From positions 1 to 62,786 of IMG/VR virus record IMGVR_UViG_3300025168_000083: 62,786 nt of DNA, one strand, 5' to 3'. This document shows, in pieces, positions 57,301-62,786 of this stretch (within the stretch, counting starts at the first letter, position 1; the number at the start of each line of letters is the position of its first letter). Source of the DNA: a virus. Taxonomy: Duplodnaviria; Caudoviricetes. Under the pieces are notes generated by a model that saw only the letters and a program-made list of their open reading frames with translations, was not told where the DNA came from and did no database searches. A program made the position numbers and the translations under genes.

Positions 57301-59354
57301 ACCAAATGATGGGCGATATGATGAAGGGTAAGGGAGATCAGTTATTTGAAACCCAAATGATGGTAGACCACTTCGGAGTCTTTGGTAATGTTAAAGATCT
57401 TATTAATCTATTTGAAATTGTAGGAACCAGAGGTCATGGGTTTAGAAACTTAGACGGAACATCAGTATCTCTAGGTGTTCAAAAGGAAATGATAGATGCT
57501 GCATCTCAGTTAAGAGGAAAACATGCAGTTACAAGAGGTATAAATTATGTAGCAGATTCTCCTTCCGCATTCGAATCTATGCTAACAAACGCAGCACCCG
57601 GACTTACTAGAACAGTCTTTGGCGGCAACCTCGCACTTGCTACGTTTACTGTTGAGACGCTTGCCAGTACAATGATTGAACTGGTTGGAAGGGGCAACTT
57701 TATGGGATCCGTAAGAAGTTTACTGTCTCCTATATTAGGACTTAATCCAGAATTGCAAAAGAGAGTAGGAAGAGATTTAGTACATACAGTAGAAGCACTT
57801 AGTAAGGGCTTCATACCAGATCATGAAATGCCTGCGAATGCGGACACAGAACAGATGCTCGCAAAAATATTTAACTTTACGGGCCGACAGGCAATGAGAC
57901 CTGCACAGTATATGTTAAAGAGCCTAGCTATTCAAAGAGCTATATCAGCTCGAAACTTTGTTGTAGATAATTTAAAACATAACATGACAAAGGATGATAG
58001 CGGAAGACCTATTAGTAGGTTACATCGTTTGGCTCAGTTGATCCATCAAGAACCTTTAGGAAAGGATCCAAAGGCTATACTAGATCGAATGCGTAGAGCA
58101 GGGTTCTCAGTGTTTATGGACGGGGATATTCAATTAATTACATCCTTATTAACAGCCGGGCTCTTAGATATTGAGAGCGGATCCTTTGGTATTTTGGCTA
58201 GTATGGTAGAAGAAAATACTGAAGTTGAAGCCTACTACAGCCCCGGAGAAATGTTAGCCTCTCTTGCTAGAAGCGACATACGGCCCTCCAGTACAGAGGG
58301 TGGTAGGGGAGTCTATCAAGCAAGGAAAGAAGTTATTGCTGGTCTGAGAATGGTCGAGAAGCAATACATTGAACAGGTTCTGGTAGCCCCCAATGCCTTT
58401 GATGTCTTTACTCCTAAGGTATCCTCTACTGGAGAAGCAGAAGGAACGGGAGCATTAGATACCTTGTTTGAAATCTTTAGGCGATATCCTATGTTGTTTG
58501 TGAGTCAGCACGTTTACAGAAAGATGAACCGACAAAGCCCAATGAAATATGCTTTCGGTCTTACTAGTATGTTGATGTTAGATGTTGTATACATGCTGGC
58601 ACTTAGATTGTCAATGGGAGCAGAGCCAGAAGATATCCTCGAAGAGTTTGAGGATAATCCGGTAGGCTTCAGTATTGGCTACGGTGTCCGTCTTCCAATC
58701 CTTGGTCGATACATGGGCTTGATTGGTGAGGCTATTGCTGCCCTGCCTATGCTTGCTCAGGGTAAGTCCATTAGGCAGCCCGGCGGATTCATTCCTCTGG
58801 GAGCGTTGGAAGCAGCAGCCAAGGGAGTCCTTAGAGCGGGAGATTCAGTGTGGAATAACGAGCCACATAAGTTACAGGATGTCCTGAATGCAATGAGGGT
58901 AGTTCCTATTGCAGGAGATAGGTTACTTGCCTTAGGATACTACACTGCCGCAGGAGACGGTATACAGAGGCGTAGTAATAAGAGCAGCGGTACAGGCACA
59001 TCAAGAAACGCTGAGACTGGAGAACTTCAAACAAGGCATCACTATGGGGTTCCAGAACAAGCCTTTGAAATAAACGAGGCAATGAACCACAGAGTATTGT
59101 TAGAACAGTTTGGAGCACAGATGGAATGGCCGGGATACTCAGAGCCAAAGGATGTTCCGTTTGCAGGAATGACTAGGCAGCAGTATCCTGAGGACATGGC
59201 AGAGGCAGCTCCGACCGCCCCCGCCCCTACCCCTGCGCCGCCTTCAGAACCCGCGCCAGCCCCGGCTCCTGCCCCTCAGGCAGAGCCTACGATGGCAGAC
59301 CGTATAAGAGGACAGGAGGGGTCTTCTGGTAAACTCGCAGACGCACTAGGGTAA
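45366..59354 (+). CDS. Giant internal virion protein, putative virion-packaged RNA polymerase with a zincin domain, 4662 aa
   Basis: TDQVASGL (motif A, D1685), EDVY, REFFKVPVMRRLYGG (motif B R-x3-K-x7-YG), possible motif C HD2099, HELSH...EEFIA. Confidence 0.7.
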   Translation: MSERRWSVAPIPLTTSSIFEEKLQRDQMKLVNEQMAEIPFAKNMPAYGTAIDAPMVFQDMDTGEYVKGMLEYGEASRQQLKGDYARGFLATDAGFRQQFSTQVVGGRDLSLYNVDSEKLDLLEIPSHVSEQLLSGMKGPQYNLALWDYRHAHDVPIIDLFASGPEDFLNMEPPEGWSTKAAINEFKERDPKLYALMATTLGGDAGIEEITRDSRNPVEFFYDLNRRQQLLAITQSQQMFEDRAGFISSNYEGLKNFVVNGILDDPDMAASFALSVGLAAFTGGTSLLAGAAFKIGKAAKTAHRFNKVLGSGRAVGRGLAISAKHARTAQVLLPENLGPTLVRTVLFKEKYAKMGGVAKFGVNRLSDSVEGTISGALAETFNQKRKKDLGLIDEMSYAAIASEALTEAALSPLINPIFGGVFKGIGMVASVPGTIMSQAFANTLGKRELGKYLQETTQTALSMFNPQAMLDSMDVYEGKETLITNINSLLGEEESLKDGLELESTLIPILETVRATSGLDSPKFLDALNVAVENIITARSASQSANKEMTGAELGVSIITQLATENAEMATTLGEKGFEHIMAVISNQLTMITNAKKEGLSVEEYFSRVVEDGTYFDLLPEVLKQEVYKKAGGEEAAKKLGDTKLREIAAEVQLDIIKESKKIHTEFKKRVESTTKEVNEVNESVQNISEATGIPIPPRVDPSPEPTVTPRPRSNEGATDTAPAEEQSSDEAQAPVDDLTEQHRKETDLTETQKELINIKEELMKRRRDARNAETVDRKELKEIDKNIKSVDALLTRIETLRKEVTNSINAYLTESGQSKELIELGRTLRKLTEQIDRAMEKLKPMQNEINQNLEDRSTLSAIFTYFGPDSAEKYPDGVFFENLSPELQETLQRIHDSLKSGTAKTYLAEVIAGKKLSVKEIKSRIVKTLQRKTEQLKEKWENDALVDHIRDEEKKLEELRGKYNVENAKYQQENIKKDLIQMTQVISIAEVAKRKKDEIRSLETRRRSIDELMADKDTVSIQEVYVRLPRKSKLRGELKARLKDTDGDGTITVDELNERLDEDFADSRKNIVSTIGTDTRYSPMSRTRQTKRISAMYGNRYAHEISDEEIYDVDFDIDWLVENNTPGTALRDVKISVEEDHKSFKQWLANLSVVGQTSSNVANDGTISTWRLLSNMPDYFWDLGLPIHIIFRKAMVNPTENAGSETNSTGSEENPWDSVSNLSSVRWRYSEIKSILERWEVISKARLTGYMESFGKELAKEMAKDLLSESNPSGLTNLEATAEYLNEAIVAERNFNTEKFNESGYILSIDRATGFPTEFASKDQGYLYEAGVRNAIRTRVGYMMNNAKFRLFIKEKAGIEIFLTKPGETAEEAQARSVKEIDTITDYIINNLSLVLNEVDATHPQFINFTLTGFGDGSISWSPAQMAGYAIVDTFVEKSVPMKSRLTGIQEATEYANTEEMRITGESVMLEMPREGDINFAAPISLADNRLNVENYKFRLRIKEVLKKAKSEVPLTPKEKKVLYNSIQSRRFKDETDPVADEMDMYLVPQIVGGHAQEEFITRDQAKDFMMELFLDMAQIGHAINQDSMTIANGGSLRFRNTKENPMPLAFANLNLGYDNITPLGSQLAETLALEQMHPDLSGMSEAAATMHIKFVSEFKSKWQAANPDKEWSASVMLDPSNHTDQVASGLMIVQLLSKLGSGEAAVELDKIRLMIDDIDFELLNEDGTAQRNSDGTFVSLALEDVYVETGLNILGHIKDKDKDNKYIQGSGKWLTDVFGWLDQNEITNKDNYREKMAEFEASGDTESVRKGKAIREFFKVPVMRRLYGGGLDSFKLEFMGMTANSREIIDELNGAFGIKLTDAETENLGTVLLSASAMNGVHILDAALGFEGKIRNAAMAFLKVGREQQVETEMWRDVVRSSNIPNQDSGNSQGPTELAPVDGESMHIMNRLDRVKRALEGKIRYLAERTPEGATPENIARIKKKYDNRYGEALRYIEELESKGITIEDKSPHWERLQEILHGGEVGSWARISLFRATNILNASTYKLNMKRMKATADMFGFEDFEPSDWMGLEDHLLYHLSLPTQRSPRSFHKGKHDPHGIFANRVAIQPEQLNEFMAIAEQNAIDDHGEFNQADFDEALASFLTNEEPDAFGMFDIEDNVYKGMSREEVDAELDRLMDMDQLMYMASVDRLPSEIFPDFVSDESDVVVMDTMLREHYEHNKRRFETPSGEKDRTLATEIAREERLLDLGDSGLTILKYRAKIAGGVRSPRVARVLGKPLIPYHRRELSMQEAIGTRDNQDLYMSTVEPQGLLSMTPRYRRSSFFSRGIPVLQRSAVQRKINEVLEPVLAIDPKIQDPKMKGVSVFDTPTGKGLLGWHQPYQRSSLPKAMPLKIDEMIDLGMDDEAGRKAARILNGMRQWASYRDDVGDDLDNPDGLLYWYVVREIERSRAEMLENLPDYSRFSKNEQEKKAHARKYRMQWLEGLHAITHFSRDIKGAESKGMTLADKARTLAVQAADDFDSPESKQRWIDVLTTTITEDNPHGTFLSAPTKLQKSLEFIIPRENVVLMDRIKSVLEDPTATLSTNDLQMLAQMIQSTDFPYHLLTIMYKNEVLPNVLKEFTVTDENGVTSKPYADLEYDVIGEDGSPTGEKAKVWANPNMWENYIQAEHVHSIIANAKVWIEENGADQIIFDTLIEEQLSSNEAQAKQGIKDFAVYLENTNPDIVGDARPAQMRSSFFPEQVLTPTGLVGKGQLALSPAKAMELFGLLESFSLLEKIKRSNWSGQAIGFVKDPVTGKITESKPTSRRIKDGLGHNENDIRKAEVLRSSALERVVGLGGKADVLRATDTTRSVESTGQIEAIDLDSYRRAQHRDDLSAAWMESYISPVSKQLGYMKSTNIDEVFGPSLREELELIIDRARTENTLAKKGEGGLYSNTVMWLAIMLELPPHDVDTLNPRGHLYDTFIGGRFSEETNAKAFATAQKLMRQIKQIGSVDGFYYGLERQAPLISTIREWASNDDFAEATTRDIDIENKSAVSNFLNWLQSNKTTKELEFLGFAEDENGNLVYKKKSKDPELDPLKELEFIINFGLGQERLMVEQDESLMLFGDQESKLNTTGKDLIKLVSKQGKFDDAVRDTQDPHLIRVNNELNNMKDSMTPANFQRFRALIARMYMINPLNLMDLSLDYQNTRGRSFVTRDKEGNFVIRMGGMLAKPMSDPNIALIFAHELSHVGRMRWIENNQGTWRHWVDLYHSKAGRSLLRKIVTAWHGGNYTAQAKQEFESYMENPEEFIAALTSYYLMNDSLPEMNLDYNEGKISGIAGGIVGKIMDFVRRIFMRTSSVLTNFHYQDPRLSQHVENLVQKTLGWDPMAKKSFTEVQNKGTEREMFFWDKRFEDTTPELENDPTQFKQMVIEHNKLLNLGEEGRTPEEANRFWVLDSAINDSTDATHVMTSGITRYDHLVAHQQNMAMFGGINGTLDIGKMLNSMDNMEGDAVSIIQYSSALEYCMEACNREFGDQFQDGVGLTAAKVTKALSKVLPSLSTSKHRGEGAYSHMMVDLTVGKAGANYTWNGPHPFVILLTQLINDDIATSTGQYTNVKGTPSVVRVINDIALYKDSVTSSMAAIGTTLQPFFTRALGQQVSTEKQREIMSAVYEQVAIKSDNPSHEVTLPELQESAMSEEDLKIIHTEITNTADNIRLFMEDYRQAGTELGLFKSTSFRTHIPFKLNRLILESEPRDGFVESMSKMIRDKIISESEGKLDPLVMFAANLIPRFNTTQNLVDDLKKLKRISPEMYGYILHKAAEAHYTQNGQMDESFDTIRGMRQIVFTDLDSSADPQRQANAVELFRLGIISAMNEMSQGRTTAGSLQEFGVNWNNLKDIYITAIDQRIDGERFNTLDSPALDSLIPDHIYYSPKHGQRKRQVFENIDTPVMVHMHNLINRASDGMYFPYDMWSFPSVVEAFQDPAIRPHLNLDPDQMMGDMMKGKGDQLFETQMMVDHFGVFGNVKDLINLFEIVGTRGHGFRNLDGTSVSLGVQKEMIDAASQLRGKHAVTRGINYVADSPSAFESMLTNAAPGLTRTVFGGNLALATFTVETLASTMIELVGRGNFMGSVRSLLSPILGLNPELQKRVGRDLVHTVEALSKGFIPDHEMPANADTEQMLAKIFNFTGRQAMRPAQYMLKSLAIQRAISARNFVVDNLKHNMTKDDSGRPISRLHRLAQLIHQEPLGKDPKAILDRMRRAGFSVFMDGDIQLITSLLTAGLLDIESGSFGILASMVEENTEVEAYYSPGEMLASLARSDIRPSSTEGGRGVYQARKEVIAGLRMVEKQYIEQVLVAPNAFDVFTPKVSSTGEAEGTGALDTLFEIFRRYPMLFVSQHVYRKMNRQSPMKYAFGLTSMLMLDVVYMLALRLSMGAEPEDILEEFEDNPVGFSIGYGVRLPILGRYMGLIGEAIAALPMLAQGKSIRQPGGFIPLGALEAAAKGVLRAGDSVWNNEPHKLQDVLNAMRVVPIAGDRLLALGYYTAAGDGIQRRSNKSSGTGTSRNAETGELQTRHHYGVPEQAFEINEAMNHRVLLEQFGAQMEWPGYSEPKDVPFAGMTRQQYPEDMAEAAPTAPAPTPAPPSEPAPAPAPAPQAEPTMADRIRGQEGSSGKLADALG

Positions 59355-59447
59355 ATCGACTAGGGGGTCACGAATTTGTCTGGGGTAGTATATGGATGGG
59401 TGTCCATCCTTGTCCCCCCGTACCCCCCTTGACAAAGGAACTAACAC

Positions 59448-59780
59448 ATGTCACTCAACTCACGAAACACATCGATCCGCAATATCACTCATTATATCGT
59501 TGCATATAATAAGTCTGGAGGCAACCTTAAGGAAGTTCTCCATTGTGGAGTAGATGATAGTAATGATGCAAGACGTAAGGCACACAGGTTCATGGAATTG
59601 GCGAAAGCCGAAGGCATGGCTGAAGTGGCTTATTACTTTGTACTTACTAATGGCGAGGAAGGTAGGAATCATGATGTTCATAGTGTCTGGGTAGTAAACA
59701 AATGGCAACGTGACGAGAGTAAAGAATCATTCTTTACTAACGAATTCGCTAGCCATCCTGTTAACTACGTAGACGCATAG
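59448..59780 (+). CDS. Hypothetical early protein, 110 aa
   Basis: AAGGA RBS; first ORF after the structural block. Confidence 0.7.
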   Translation: MSLNSRNTSIRNITHYIVAYNKSGGNLKEVLHCGVDDSNDARRKAHRFMELAKAEGMAEVAYYFVLTNGEEGRNHDVHSVWVVNKWQRDESKESFFTNEFASHPVNYVDA

Positions 59781-59855
59781 CCGAAAGGAAGTACTGTTGT
59801 AGCAACCAGTACTTCCTCTGTCGTGAATGGTCTCACGGCACTGACGAGGCAGACC
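59780..59855 (+). ncRNA. Type II hammerhead ribozyme with pseudoknot
   Basis: GCC-GAAA-stem III(10 bp)-UC-stem I(8 bp)-CUGACGA-GGC; loop GGUC can pair with 3' GACC. Confidence 0.92.
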
Positions 59856-59873
59856 CTCATAAGGAGCTAAACA

Positions 59874-60206
59874 ATGTTTAGCCATGCCCTTAACTGGGCT
59901 TACCGGGCTGGTCGCACTATCAAGTGGACCAGCATTACCCTCTTCTTGCTCATCGGTTGCATCTTCGGACTCATAGGAGTCTGGATGCTGGTTGGTGATA
60001 TGTCATCCCCATTTGCGTGGATGACCACCATGTCCGGCTTCATGTGCTTCTACATGTTGCTGGTGCTGGCCTCAGAGTACCTAACAGACTACTCTGATGA
60101 CTATGCAGATGAGCCCTTGGTCAAGCTTGGACAAGGTGACCACGAGTGGATTGTTCCTCCTCCGCCAACAGGCGAAGGCTCAGACGATCACCCTGACGTT
60201 TGGTGA
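59874..60206 (+). CDS. Membrane protein with two TM helices, 110 aa
   Basis: AAGGAG RBS; two hydrophobic segments and an acidic C-tail. Confidence 0.75.
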   Translation: MFSHALNWAYRAGRTIKWTSITLFLLIGCIFGLIGVWMLVGDMSSPFAWMTTMSGFMCFYMLLVLASEYLTDYSDDYADEPLVKLGQGDHEWIVPPPPTGEGSDDHPDVW

Positions 60207-60231
60207 TGATTGATGCTTCGATGATTTGATT

Positions 60232-60270
60232 AGTCACCCATCTCTTAACGGAGGTGGGTGGCTTTGTATT
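60232..60270 (+). terminator. Stem-loop terminator candidate
   Basis: AGTCACCCATCTC-TTAACG-GAGGTGGGTGGCT followed by TTGTATT. Confidence 0.6.
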
Positions 60271-60296
60271 GAGAGCCTACCGGTAGGCTCTATAAC
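60269..60296 (+). promoter_or_regulatory. Sigma70-like promoter overlapped by a perfect 20-bp palindrome
   Basis: TTGAGA-16 nt-TATAAC; AGAGCCTACCGGTAGGCTCT at 60272-60291. Confidence 0.55.
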
Positions 60297-60355
60297 TATT
60301 TGTTCCTAGCACGTTGCTAGGATTCGTTTTATGAAATCCTTTAGGAGAATCTTAA

Positions 60356-62164
60356 GTGATTAAGAAAAAGGATAAGCGTATTGAAATCGAGGACGCAGCG
60401 AAGATTGCTGTCTCAAAGTTCTTTAAGGACAAGGGACGGCTTCGTCGCTGGCTCGAAGAAGGTTACGACCTTTGCAAGGTGTTGGACCATACTCGCATGC
60501 CTGTACTCAATCAGGTTTCGGAGATGGTTCCCGCTACGCACTTCGACATTCTCGACTCACATGATGTCAACACAGTGGAACGCACAGTCACCAAGGTGGC
60601 TGCTGTGTACGAGGGACGCATTGAATTGCGTACCGAGTACCTGCACTCCTCTCCACCCAAACTCGAAGGAGATTATGCACCCATGATCTCTCGACAGGAT
60701 GACTGGGAGGTTCCCGCAGATGCTCTGGAGTTCATGCAGAACTCTACCAATGTTCCACTGCGTCTCTCTATGCCAGACTTCGAGCTTGCCTTGAAGTACA
60801 GGGAGACACTGCCGGGTTACGATCCGGTGACAGAACGCAATGAGCAGGAGATCTTCCTGCCAGAGCGTGCCATTGCTGAGTTCGTGAGAGTCGGTGACAC
60901 GGTGTTCTACATCGTTGTCAACAAGGCAGACCGCCGGATTCGTGTCTACGCTTTTGCGCGTGGTACAATGCACCCGGCTAACTGTAAGACATGTCGTAAC
61001 ATGACTCGAACTGCTGAGTACTTCCCCGTCGATGATGCCGAGCTAGGTATCTGGTATGAGGAACTTCAGCAGGGATACGGTCTCGATTACAAGTTGATGG
61101 AACATATCATCCAACCGGAGAACGGTCTCGCGTTCCTTATGGAACATGGGCATAAGCAAGGGTTTCCACAGGTTACGGAAGCTCGGGCTTTCCTTGAAGC
61201 GAGGGATACAGGTATGAGTAATTACCTGTGCTACATCGATGCTTATGCTTCCGGCCCCACGATCATTGATTGTTCGATGGGTATGCCGGGAGCCGCTGAG
61301 CGAGCCGATGCTAGTAGGCCGGATTTCAAGCATCACTATCGTAGGTATGCTGAACATCTGTGGTCTAACCCTAAGTTTAAGGGTGCTGTTGGTGGCGTAC
61401 CTAACGGTATGACACTGGAGCAATACCTGCAACTGCTTCGCAATGAGATCAAGCCCGCTCCTGTCAGTGGTGTCTATGGTGCTGGTGGCTCATCCATGAG
61501 CCTCAGTGTCTTGGGTCACCCTACTGACAACGAAGATGAGACCTCACTTGAGGATGTTCGACTTCAGTTGCCTCAGGCTTTCCAGAACTGGAAGCCTGTG
61601 CAAGCTGAGAAGTGGGTCAGCGAATTCGTTGACACCTTCAAGCAGCCTCTTGCAATGGCTCTGAAGAAGGCATTCCCCGGTGTTGCTCGTCTTCACTCTG
61701 GTCTTCAGTCTCACTGGACCCGGAGTGTGGGTAAGGATAACAGAGGTACACCTCCTACTATCCTATCTCCAGATGGACACTACGTGTATCAATCCTCGAT
61801 CCTCCGCAGGAACAAGGATGTCCACTACGGACTCAAGTACAAGTGTCCCATCACGGATGAGCATACAACAGTGCAGCGTATGCCCCTTGAACTCAATCGT
61901 GGTATTGAGCTGGGAGCCAATGGTACGCACATGTTAGATGCTTTGATTCTTCGGCTCGCTGCCAACAGGAATGCTGAACAAGGTATTCCTACGGTGACGA
62001 TCCATGACTCAGAAGGTGTTCCACGTTTCTTCAGGAGACAGGCTAACAGAAACTATGTCTGGGCGTTCAACTACGTCCTGTCATTGCCCTTCTGGCAGCA
62101 GTTCGGTATCCACTGTGGACCGTTCCAGTCTCTTGATCGCAATGCCGTCCTCCTCGGACGGTGA
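60356..62164 (+). CDS. Second, divergent single-subunit RNA polymerase-like protein (RNAP-2), 602 aa
   Basis: DRRIRVY, YIDAYASG (motif A), RNEIKPAPVSGVYG (motif B), ANGTHMLDA, VTIHDSEG (motif C), in T7 order. Confidence 0.85.
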   Translation: MIKKKDKRIEIEDAAKIAVSKFFKDKGRLRRWLEEGYDLCKVLDHTRMPVLNQVSEMVPATHFDILDSHDVNTVERTVTKVAAVYEGRIELRTEYLHSSPPKLEGDYAPMISRQDDWEVPADALEFMQNSTNVPLRLSMPDFELALKYRETLPGYDPVTERNEQEIFLPERAIAEFVRVGDTVFYIVVNKADRRIRVYAFARGTMHPANCKTCRNMTRTAEYFPVDDAELGIWYEELQQGYGLDYKLMEHIIQPENGLAFLMEHGHKQGFPQVTEARAFLEARDTGMSNYLCYIDAYASGPTIIDCSMGMPGAAERADASRPDFKHHYRRYAEHLWSNPKFKGAVGGVPNGMTLEQYLQLLRNEIKPAPVSGVYGAGGSSMSLSVLGHPTDNEDETSLEDVRLQLPQAFQNWKPVQAEKWVSEFVDTFKQPLAMALKKAFPGVARLHSGLQSHWTRSVGKDNRGTPPTILSPDGHYVYQSSILRRNKDVHYGLKYKCPITDEHTTVQRMPLELNRGIELGANGTHMLDALILRLAANRNAEQGIPTVTIHDSEGVPRFFRRQANRNYVWAFNYVLSLPFWQQFGIHCGPFQSLDRNAVLLGR

Positions 62165-62173
62165 CCCCTAACC

Positions 62174-62252
62174 GAGGTGGCAGGAGGTAAAAGCCTGCCA
62201 CCTCTTCCCGAGAGTCAAGTGACTCTCACACACAGGGAATGTGTTATTCCCT
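62174..62252 (+). promoter_or_regulatory. Three tandem hairpins between RNAP-2 and the next gene
   Basis: GAGGTGGCAGG/CCTGCCACCTC; GAGAGTCA/TGACTCTC; AGGGAAT/ATTCCCT. Confidence 0.55.
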
Positions 62253-62275
62253 CATATTTTTTCGGAGGCCATACC

Positions 62276-62786
62276 ATGGCTAAGCGAATCGTGAAAACCC
62301 AAGGATTCGGACGCGTGTCTGAATGGGAACGTACACTCCGCACAGGTTCTAAGAACGGGGTGTTGTACTTGATCTATGAGTTGTACTCTACGAGCAAGCA
62401 ACGCCGCAGTCTGAGGTTCTGGCCCTGTGACGATCCACAAGCCTTTGTCGACAGAGGCATCCGCTACTCAGCGAATGTCACAGAATCTGTCGTCAGGGAG
62501 CAGGTGGGGCAGTTTCAGGATGTGGTGGAGATCCCCTACGACTCCAACAATCCTCGCCACAAGGTTAACAACTGGGTTAACATGTGGACACCGAGGGACA
62601 ATGAGTTGGAGATCCGGGGTACGGAGCCAAGGGAACAGTTCAGTCTCATCGTTGAGCTAAATGTTCCGGCTTCGGGTGTGAAGTTCTCATACCAAGGCCC
62701 GTTTGTGGCTGACCAGAATCATGCCTTCGGGGCATTGACTCGTCAGTTCAACGCTCACTTCCAAGGGTGCAACATTGAATCGAGGG
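62276..62786 (+). CDS. 5' part of the ~197-aa hypothetical protein (continues at the window start)
   Basis: GGAGG RBS; MAKRIVKTQGFGRVSEW... stays open to the window end. Confidence 0.85.
   Translation, partial: MAKRIVKTQGFGRVSEWERTLRTGSKNGVLYLIYELYSTSKQRRSLRFWPCDDPQAFVDRGIRYSANVTESVVREQVGQFQDVVEIPYDSNNPRHKVNNWVNMWTPRDNELEIRGTEPREQFSLIVELNVPASGVKFSYQGPFVADQNHAFGALTRQFNAHFQGCNIESR
62508..62786. repeat. Terminal direct repeat / circular overlap, right copy
   Basis: Same 279 nt as the window start, with 3 substitutions. Confidence 0.97.

Noticed and set aside
59200-59290. GC-rich tract as a DNA repeat element
   Set aside because: It encodes the Pro/Ala-rich C-terminal linker of the giant protein
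59429-59460. TTGACA as a sigma70 -35 box
   Set aside because: No acceptable -10 hexamer at 16-18 nt spacing
62427-62660. 77-aa + strand ORF from the track
   Set aside because: Alternative frame of the 62276 gene, which has the RBS and in which all three repeat variants are synonymous

Overview
The window appears to be a complete, circularly permuted ~62.5 kb lytic podophage genome with a T7/Autographiviridae-type gene set. Bases 1-279 recur at 62508-62786 with three synonymous differences, and all credible genes are on the + strand. Recognisable modules are: small early genes; a T7-like RNA polymerase; replication and nucleotide-metabolism genes (SSB, RusA-type resolvase, primase-helicase, DNA polymerase A, dNMP kinase, 5'-3' exonuclease, class II ribonucleotide reductase); three tRNAs; a sulfotransferase; portal, scaffold, capsid and tail tube proteins; a beta-helix tailspike; terminases; and internal virion proteins. 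The main result is that the genome seems to encode three single-subunit RNA polymerases: the canonical 814-aa enzyme, a divergent N-terminally short 602-aa enzyme with all catalytic motifs, and a 4662-aa internal-virion-type protein with RNAP motifs A/B (possibly C) plus an HExxH zincin motif, reminiscent of the N4 virion RNAP. The early region also holds a complete pseudoknotted type II hammerhead ribozyme between two genes, candidate C-GAA-G hairpin promoters and a large unexplained structured RNA. All calls come from reading motifs by eye; no database searches or folding programs were run.
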